From: Macrostomum lignano
Taxonomy: Eukaryota
NCBI GenBank assembly: GCA_002269645.1
Contig: NIVC01000341.1
Location: forward strand, 1 to 64,000
DNA length: 64,000 bases
Direction: 5' to 3'
Shown: positions 54,722-64,000 of the stretch, piece after piece
Layout of the letters: each line of letters begins with the position of its first letter
Position numbering within the stretch: the stretch's first letter is position 1
The notes under the pieces: model-generated
What the model was told of the DNA's origin: nothing
The model's input: only the letters and a program-made list of their open reading frames with translations
Database searches by the model: none
Made by a program: the position numbers and the translations under genes

Positions 54722-56778
54722 CAAAATATACAATAGTAGATTTTTAATTAAAATTAAAAATATAAAACTACATACAATATACTATTGTAATAAACTATAT
54801 GTAAATACCAAAATGCAAAAAGACTTCTAGGGTCCTTGAATAGATTTTTTAAGGTCCTTCTATTCCAATAAGCTGCCATGAGGATAAGCTGAAAATTATT
54901 GATACAGATCCATGTGAATAAAATTGGAATTATCAGCATTTGACTATAGGGATAAGCATTTCCATATAAATAAGGTATTCATTTATAATTGGCTCTTTTA
55001 TAATATAATTTTTAGTCTGCCCCCTTGGGTTTCCTAAACAATTGAAATCTACAAACAAATATGCCTAGGCCTAGTGCTATACTTTTGGAAATCATTATTT
55101 TAAAGGCAATTTTCATTTTTGAATATAGGTCATTTAAAACTAATACAATATACCCAAACATTGGATAGTATATACTATCTATATATGCCAGAAAATTCCA
55201 GCATACAGGGGGCCTATAGTCCCCACTCCTGAATCCTACATATATGCCAGAAAATTCTAGCATACAATGGATACAAAAAATGGTTAGCATAAAATATCTA
55301 ACATATAAAACAATCTACTTGAAAATTTTGCTATAGATCTAGTATATAATGTAGCTATTGGCATAGCTACTATGCCAATTGTAGCTAAGTCCTTTAGTAC
55401 AGAAGATGAAATGTTGTAATGCAATAAATGGTCTCTTATTTTTGCAACAAGGTCCTTTATTGTTGCAACATCTTTCTAATAATGTCTGGCATATATATGT
55501 TCTAGCACATAATGTCTATCACAAATAAATTTGTTTTTCTAGCATAAACTTGAAAGTATTGAAAGTATGTACTTAGAATATACTATTGGTATAAAACTTG
55601 ATATACAAAAGGGCCTGGTGTGCCCTCTTGGCCATGCTCCTAAATCTGTTACATAGTCCATCAAAACATGACCCCATACAACATAAATTCAGACCCTTTA
55701 CAGTCTATACCATAAATCTATTTATAAATTATTATTTATAAATCAAATCAAATATCTTTGTATCCTTAATATCCTTAACATATTCCTTAATGTTTTAAAG
55801 ATGTTAGGTTTAGCAATTTTTAGTAGGCCTAAAGATTGTATATTAAAAGTCTTGACTCTTATATAGATAGTAAGATAGTAATAGTACTTAGTAGTAGTAG
55901 ATAATTGTATAAATATAATGCTATATAAAAAACATTGCATATAAATCATATTTAAGAAATAACAAATCTAGATCAACAAAAGTCAATTAAAAAAATCAAT
56001 TTAAAAAAATCAAATATTTATAAGTAGCACAATAACTATATTTTACAAGGTCAACAGATAAACAAAGGTCAACTTGCAAATAAGTTTGGCTGTAACAAGA
56101 CAATATAGAGCAAAAAAGGCCACTAGATAAAAACAATGTGTTATGTTCTTAGGTTATTTAAATATGTTTAAGGAGTTGTCAATTTAGTGTTGATATCATA
56201 GTAGACTTTTATGCTGCTCAAAGATTTTAGTCTTGATTTTTTCTTTTTATTTTATAGCTCTTATAGTCAGCTTCAAACCTAAGCCTATCTCGTGGCTTTA
56301 TTTGGTCTATAGATAAAACAAATTAAAATATTATATATAGTATAGTCAAGTCATATTGTAATCCAAATCCAAAAGATAGATTCAAAGTCACCATTTCTAA
56401 GAAGTTTGTATATATGTATTATTTTAAAAATAGAAACCAACCTTATTTATTTTTTTGCTTTTTTATAATTTAACTGACTTTAATTGATTTAATTGCTTTT
56501 CTAAAAGGTTTCCTATCTTTAACAAATTAATATGATGGCTATAGATTAAATGGTATTAGAATTACTAGTTTATCTCTTAGTTTTATTATTATAAGTAGTA
56601 TGTAATACATTAAAGTGCCAAAAGACTTTGGGTTTGCTTTTCTTTTTTGCTATGTATAGATAGTTTTCAGTTAAGGAGAGCTACTGTCAAGTAGTTTTTT
56701 GTATCCCTTAGACTTTGCCTCTCTTATTGAACAATTTTAAAACAAAGTTGCTCTGAACTGAACAAATGTTTATGCTTG

Positions 56779-58117
56779 ATGGCTGGATTGGCTCCCAGAG
56801 GCTCAACCAGTGCTGGCAATGCCGACGCCTTGGACAGCCAGGCCACTGATGCCGCACTGTGGCCCCTAGTTGACGAAATCATTGACGATTTGGCTATGGA
56901 AGTGATCTTCTCCAGTCATATGGAGGCTAAAATGGGCGTGCTATTCCTGCACGAGGAGCTGCTGGCTGATGAGCACGTTGCCACGGGGGGTCGGCTTGGC
57001 AGCCACATTGCTGGCGGCATTGCCGGCCTTGTCGGCGGCGAGAGGTCGGGTAGCGACTCGGAACCGCCGATGTTTGGTTAGTTTCGCAAGAGTTAAACGC
57101 GTTTGCATTAATTTAGCATTTGTCGCCTGTAAGAGCCTGTAAATCCTGCGTGAGCCGTTTGACTGTCTAAACAGTAGTAATACACGTAAGTTGCACTTAC
57201 TACTGTTAGACACCTCAGCTGTCTTTAGTTTTTCTATACTGAACACTTCTCGCAAGTTATGTGCGTGTAAGTAGAGTGTTTAGTAACATATTTATTATAA
57301 ATAGGGTTCCTGTTAGAATGTACGCATTAGGCTACTTCGTAATTATAGTAAGTAGTGTAGTTATAATTTTTACACTATAAATGTTATTAAACTACTATTT
57401 GTAAGTATTGCAGTTTGAGTCTTTCTGGTATATTTATTATCAGATAGAGGATAGGTTTTAGTCTAGTGGTTAGAGTGTCAGACTCGCGACTAAAAGGTCG
57501 GGGGTTCGATTCTCAACATAACCCGTAACAATATGTGTCCTTGAGCAGGACACTCAACTCTGCACTGCTTCAGTTCACCCAGCTGTAGAATGGGCTCTTA
57601 TTAAGTTTTTTTCCTAACGCAAATTCGCACAGGAGGCCAGCCAGCCGCCAAGCTCAAGCCGGTGATGTGCCGCTGCCCGAATTGCAATCGGAGTATGGCC
57701 GCGCTAAGATTTGCGCCCCATCTAGAGAAATGCATGGGCATGGGCCGGGTTAGCAGCCGGGTGGCCTCGCGTAGAATAGCCATACAGCATCGGTATAGCG
57801 ACGACTCCGATAGCGACGATCAGCATCATCATCCGCCGCCGATGAAGCAGCGCCGTTCAATGAAACGCGTGTCCACGGCGCCTGGCAACGTTGTGAACCA
57901 GCCGTCTGGCCGGTCAGCTGTGCCGCCGCCGCCGCCGTTTGTGCCCGTTGTGCCGCCGCATTCTCAAGACGACGATTGGGACGGTTTGAGCACGCCGTCG
58001 CCTTCCAGCGCTAGCACCGGAAGCTCCAGCGGAAATAGCGGCGGCGGCGGCGGTGGAGGCGTCGGAAATGCCTGCTTAGCCAAGACCGCTTTGTACCATC
58101 ATTCGTCTAGGCGTTGA
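56779..58117 (+). CDS. ATXN7L3: SAGA deubiquitination-module subunit Sgf11 / ataxin-7-like 3; exons 56779-57076 and 57633-58117
   Basis: Sgf11 zinc finger [38 protein letters not shown]; N-terminal helix [18 protein letters not shown]; phase-1 GT-AG intron. Confidence 0.92.
57448..57596 (+). mobile_element. tRNA-derived SINE in the SGF11 intron
   Basis: A-box tagtctagtggttag, B-box ggttcgattc, then a central-domain-like tgtgtccttgagcaggacactcaac...cacccagctgtagaatggg. Confidence 0.75.
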
Positions 58118-58424
58118 GACGTGGTTTCTGGTTTTATTTTGAGATGCTTTCAAATGATGAATATCATCCTTATCCTAGTGACTTGAGACTATCTGAGTAG
58201 ATTCAACAAATATATACAGTTAACCAAGTGGATAATTTATTTATTTTTTGCATTTTTGCATGTGGGGGATTTTCTTGTGTTTGTTTAAAAAACAATGGAT
58301 TCTAGATTGAATGCTCTTATTATTGTACTAATTTCATTCTTCATGCTAATTTTATTGTGAATTAGGCATATGCTCTTATTTAGAATTGAATCCCCACATA
58401 GTCACACGGGACACCAGATCCCCA

Positions 58425-59245
58425 TACCCACACTCAGATCCCCATACACTACACTCAGAACCCCATACATCACACTCAGATCCCAATACACCACACTCAA
58501 ATACCAATACACCACACTCAGATCTCAGTACACCACACTCAGATCCCCATACACCACACTCAAATACCAATACACCACACTCAGGTCCCCATACACCACA
58601 CTCAGATCCCCATACACCACACTCAGGTCCCTATTCACCACACTCAGGTCCCAATAAACCACACTCAGAGCCCATACACCACACTCAGATCCCAATACAC
58701 CACACTCAAATACCAATACACCACACTCAGATCTCAGTACACCACACTCAGGTCCCCATACACCACACTCAGATCCCCATACACCACACTCAGGTCCCTA
58801 TTCACCACACTCAGGTCCCAATACACCACACTCAGAGCCCATACACCATACTCAGATCCCAATACACCACACTCAGATCCCCATACACCACACTCAGATC
58901 CCAATACACCACACTCAAATACCAATACACCACACTCAGATCTCAGTACACCACACTCAGATCCCCATACACCACACTCAGATCCCCATACACCACACTC
59001 AAATACCAATACACCACACTCAGATCTCAGTACACCACACTCAGATCCCCATACACCACACTCAGATCCCAAACACCATACTCAGATCCCAATACACCAC
59101 ACTCAGATCCCCATACACCACACTCAGATCCCCATACACCACACTCAGATACCAATACACCACACTCAGATCTCAGTACACCACACTCAGATCCCCATAC
59201 TCCACACTCAGATCCCAGTATACCACACTCAGATCCCCATACACC
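58425..59245. repeat. 21-bp minisatellite (cacactcagatccccatacac)n, ~39 copies
   Basis: Visible array downstream of SGF11. Confidence 0.95.
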
Positions 59246-59859
59246 CGTAATGTCTATTGAACGTTAAATTACCATACTGATTTAACCAAGAATTTCTGTA
59301 AATAAAAATGCGTATTTGATCATCAAATTCTGCTTTTTTAATTTAATTTCAAACGTTAGTTAGTACAATTAGAAAAACAGTATTCATGACGACAAATATG
59401 GCAGTAAATCACCTCATTTCCAGCTGTTACAGCTGAATGAGTTGACTGCAAAACTTACTAAATATGAAATACTACTCATGTTTTTCTGCGATCAAACCAG
59501 GCCACCTTGTTAATTAAGCTGTAACCGCCACCGGGTCACGGATCAGATGGAGCGTTTAAGATCTGTACAGCATATTATTGCATATCTGTACTCAAAAACT
59601 CTAATCACGAGTGGGAATTTCTTGTAACTGAGCAATCACCAATGCAAAACTAAAAAGACTTCGTAATCATGCGTTGAGATTCCTTCTACTTCTAATGTTG
59701 TTTTTTTGCACTTGTTGCGCGCGTTTTTTAAGTTTAGCGCGTGAAGCTCAGAAATTTCATTTGATAAATTGTTTACTATCAAATTTTATATTTGTGTTAC
59801 TCTGCCCGTTGTGTTCTTGTGGGACAGGGCAAGACTTGTTAGCGACAGCTTCTCAACTC

Positions 59860-62800
59860 ATTCTGCTAGCAGAAGTAGCATCGCATTTAAACTCCTGATG
59901 TCCCTGTCGACGGCCTCTCTTTGAGGTTATGGCCGGCATTTTGACTCCATTTTTTATCGTGCTTTGATGAGTAGATCTACCACCTCGTAATGGCCATTTT
60001 GTGATTCTTGTCACCATTTGTGCCATTTTTGCTCTTTGAAACTAAAATTTTTGTTGTAATTATTTTCTTATAAATAGTGTGGGATAACAGTAATTTTGTT
60101 TTTCTTGTCAGGGTCGGCGGCATCTTTGAAGTGTGCCGTCTCGCTGACACCTGTTTCACAGTTGCACAGCCTGGCCACTACTTGCAAGTGTCCTTTCTCT
60201 GCTGCCTTCACTGCGGTGTGGGAGCATGGAGAAGCTGCTTAAGTTTGTCAGCTCTCATTCAAACTAAAATCTGAAACCGTGTGTAATATGTTTTGCTTTT
60301 GCATCTTATCCATCTCAATCATTGCTGTTGAACAAAATTCTTTGTTTGTCTCACTGTTCTCAGTGAGAATTCGTGGGACATCCAAGTGGGATCTATCACT
60401 GTGCTTTGATGCGACAACTTTCTCACGTGGTGTGCTCACGGCAGTAACACGGGCTGTTGCTGCAATTGATGTCTCTGACGCCATTCAGCACTCTGCCACC
60501 AAATTGACTTTATTGATTTATTGTGCTTTGATCAGCCTGCTCACGACTTTATGATGACCATTCTGTGCTTCTCATCCTGTGCTAGGCTAGCTGCTTTGCA
60601 GATGGGATGGGAGGCGCAGAAACGTAAAAGTGCTGGTTTTACTATTGCAAGAATAAAAAGTGTGGGATAAAAGTAATTTTGTTCACTTCGATGTGTGCCG
60701 GTTCTCGGACACTTGTTGCACTGTTGTGGATGTTGAGAAGCGGCAGCTTTTTATCTCATTCTGTTAGCAGAAGTAGCATTATATTTGAGCTCTTGATGTC
60801 CCTGTCGGCGGCCTCTCCGAGGTTTTGGCCGGCACTTTTACTCCATTATTCATTGTGCTTTGATGAGTAGATCTACCACCTCATGATGGCCATTTTGTGA
60901 TTCTTGTCTCATTTTTGCTATTTGAGTTTCTGAAGTTAACAGTTCTTTTAATTAGTATTGTATTTATAAGTAGTGTGGGATAAAAGTACTTTGTTTTGAT
61001 TTTATGCCAGAGTCAGCAGCATCTTTTTGTGTGCAGTCTTTCTCAATATCCTAAGGACTGACCTTTGGCCCTCACCTGTTCGTAAGAACATTAAAAAGCC
61101 GTTTCATCCCTACAGACTGCAGCCCTCCTGTTGGTTCCCATGTGCAGTTGCATTGCGGTGTGCCTCTGCGGTCTGGTCTCTGTTCCATTCCTGCCGTTGC
61201 TGAGTCTGAATGGCCGTTTCATTGCGGTGTGCCTCTGCGGTCTGGTCTCTGTTCCATTCCTGCCGTTGCTGAGTCTGAATGGCCGTTTCATTGCGGTGTG
61301 CCTCTGCGGTCTGGTCTCTGTTCCATTCCTGCCGTTGCTGAGTCTGAATGGCCGTTTCATTGCGGTGTGCCTCTGCGGTCTGGTCTCTGTTCCATTCCTG
61401 CAGTTGCTGTGTCTGAATGGCCGTTTCATTGCGGTGTGCCTCTGCGGTCTGGTCTCTGTTCCATTCCTGCCGTTGCTGAGTCTGAATGGCCGTTTCATTG
61501 CGGTGTGCCTCTGCGGTCTGGTCTCTGTTCCATTCCTGCCGTTGCTGAGTCTGAATGGCCGTTTCATTGCGGTGTGCCTCTGCGGTCTGGTCTCTGTTCC
61601 ATTCCTGCCGTTGCTGAGTCTGAATGGCCGTTTCATTGCGGTGTGCCTCTGCGGTCTGGTCTCTGTTCCATTCCTGCCGTTGCTGAGTCTGAATGGCCGT
61701 TTCATTGCGGTGTGCCTCTGCGGTCTGGTCTCTGTTCCATTCCTGCCGTTGCTGAGTCTGAATGGCCGTTTCATTGCGGTGTGCCTCTGCGGTCTGGTCT
61801 CTGTTCCATTCCTGCCGTTGCTGAGTCTGAATGGCCGTTTCATTGCGGTGTGCCTCTGCGGTCTGGTCTCTGTTCCATTCCTGCCGTTGCTGAGTCTGAA
61901 TGGCCGTTTCATTGCGGTGTGCCTCTGCGGTCTGGTCTCTGTTCCATTCCTGCAGTTGCTGTGTCTGAATGGCCGTTTCATTGCGGTGTGCCTCTGCGGT
62001 CTGGTCTCTGTTCCATTCCTGCAGTTGCTGTGTCTGAATGGCCGTTTCATTGCGGTGTGCCTCTGCGGTCTGGTCTCTGTTCCATTCCTGCAGTTGCTGT
62101 GTCTGAATGGCCGTTTCATTGCGGTGTGCCTCTGCGGTCTGGTCTCTGTTCCATTCCTGCCGTTGCTGAGTCTGAATGGCCGTTTCATTGCGGTGTGCCT
62201 CTGCGGTCTGGTCTCTGTTCCATTCCTGCCGTTGCTGAGTCTGAATGGCCGTTTCATTGCGGTGTGCCTCTGCGGTCTGGTCTCTGTTCCATTCCTGCAG
62301 TTGCTGTGTCTGAATGGCCGTTTCATTGCGGTGTGCCTCTGCGGTCTGGTCTCTGTTCCATTCCTGCAGTTGCTGTGTCTGAATGGCCGTTTCATTGCGG
62401 TGTGCCTCTGCGGTCTGGTCTCTGTTCCATTCCTGCAGTTGCTGTGTCTGAATGGCCGTTTCATTGCGGTGTGCCTCTGCGGTCTGGTCTCTGTACGACC
62501 GAATACGCTTTTCTTTGGAATCATTTAAATGCTCTAATTACTATTATAGTTATAAATAGTGTGGGATAAAAGTACTATTGTTCATTTTTATGTCGATATC
62601 TCTTTGATGTGTACCGATTCTGTGGTACCTGTTGCACATTTGCACAGCCTGGCTACAACTTGCAAGTGTCCTTTCTATGCTGCACTGCGGTGTGGGAGCA
62701 TGAAGAAACTGCTTGAGTCTTGAAACACCCGTGTGTTTTGAGTCTATAAAACTCTTGCGCTACAATTTTATCAGAAATTCAAACATTTTTTGTAATTTTT

Positions 62801-64000
62801 ATTATGAGTTTTTGGAGTACGATTTTGTCATTATGCATCTGTGTAGTCCAACATTTGATAATGTGCTGTGGCATTCTCATGGTGGACATGATCCACTGCA
62901 GGCTGGGAAGCGGCAGCTTCTCAACTCATTCTGTTAGCAGAAGTAGCATCGCATTTGAGCTCTTGATGTCCCTGTTGGAGACCTCTCTGAGGTTATGGCC
63001 GGCATTTTGACTCGATTTTTATTGTGCTTTGATGAGTAGATCTACCACCTCATGATGGCCATTTTGTGATTCTTGTCACAGTTTGTGCCATTTCTGCTTT
63101 CTGAGGAGAAGAGTTTTTTAGAATAATACTGTAATAAATAATGTGGGATAAAAGTATTTCGTTCTCTCTTTATGCTAGTCAGCGGCATTTCTTTGATCTG
63201 ATTTGCCTCTGATTGTCCTATTCCTGCCGTTGCTGAGTCTGGACTTCTGACTCATTGTGGCGAGCCTCGCCCGTTGCCGCCTGTTTTGTTCACGTCGTTT
63301 TTCTTCCTAATTTGCAGCCATAAGAGGCGTTTGTGCATCTCCAGCTGCATCAGTTGTGATGACGCCGGCTGCAGGTGTCAATGATCTTGTCTGTTCTCAT
63401 AGGCTTCTATTCTGGATTTGTTGTCCTGCTGCAGTGTATCAAATATAAATGGTGTGGGATAAAACTACTTTGTTCTTTGTGTCAGACTCAACGGCAATCT
63501 AAGTTGTGTATCGGCTTTGGCACCTGTTGCACATTTTTATCGTGCTTTGATGAGTAGATCTACCACCTCATGATGGCCATTTTGTAATTCTTGCAACAAT
63601 TTAGGCTTTTTTTCAGTTTCTGAAATTAAAAGTTCTTGTTCTAATTAGTATTGTATGTATAAATAGTGTGGAATAAAAGTACTTTGCTCACTTTTTATGT
63701 CAGAGTCGGCGGCATGTCTTTGATGTGTGTCGCCTCGCTGACATCTGTTGCACAGTTGCACAGCCTGGCCACTACTTGCAAGTGCCCTTTCTGTGCTGCC
63801 TTCACTGCGGTGTCGGGGCATGGAGAAGCTGCTGAGTTCATGTGATATTTTTGCACTTTTAGCGTCTTAAAGAACACGTCGTATGTCTGTCAGTAGTAAA
63901 ACACTTGTTCTTCTGTCAGCTGCAACTTTTGAGCTCTTGCTGTCCCTGTCGGCGGCCTCTCTTTGAGCTTATGGCCGGCATTTTGGCTCGATTTTTATTG
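59860..64000 (-). pseudogene. Decayed, tandemly re-duplicated ankyrin-repeat coding sequence (cut by the window end)
   Basis: Minus-strand fragments TAVKAAEKGHLQVVARLC (near 60200 and 63790), SQNGHHEVVDLLIKA (near 59980, 60880, 63050, 63570), ADPDKKNKI and GDAQTPLMAA, with frequent stops and frameshifts. Confidence 0.7.
61150..62495. repeat. 69-bp minisatellite, ~20 copies, two variants
   Basis: cattgcggtgtgcctctgcggtctggtctctgttccattcctgc(c/a)gttgctg(a/t)gtctgaatggccgttt. Confidence 0.97.

Noticed and set aside
61091-62569. Three ~470-aa ORFs over the 69-bp repeat
   Set aside because: The unit length is a multiple of 3 with no stop in several frames; there is no domain, and the frames close right at the array edges.

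Overview
Eukaryotic (invertebrate animal) genomic DNA with GC-rich exons, AT-rich minisatellite-laden introns and TTAGGG repeats; the composition resembles the flatworm Macrostomum, but that is inference only. Five intact spliced genes can be assembled by hand. On the minus strand: a ~2176-aa MUC4-like transmembrane mucin (PTS repeat, EGF, NIDO, AMOP, vWD, EGF, TM; 5415-14059), AMMECR1 (16568-35456, with a 15.3-kb intron 1), ICT1/MRPL58 (36749-37469) and a kazrin/liprin-like coiled-coil+SAM gene (39096-43365). On the plus strand: SGF11/ATXN7L3 (56779-58117). The rest is mobile and repeated DNA: a solo LTR with nested hAT and Harbinger MITEs; a 12.6-kb head-to-tail array of four non-autonomous Helitron-like elements carrying tRNA-like heads, minisatellites and telomeric repeats; a decayed Ty3/Gypsy element with an extra ORF before its 3' LTR; hairpin MITEs; a SINE; many minisatellites; and a decayed ankyrin-repeat array at the right end. 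The most notable observations are the Helitron array and its cargo, an ICT1 gene with no in-frame ATG before its presequence (possible spliced-leader AUG), the Gypsy ORF3, and CpG-poor domains strongly enriched in TAGGCCTA.
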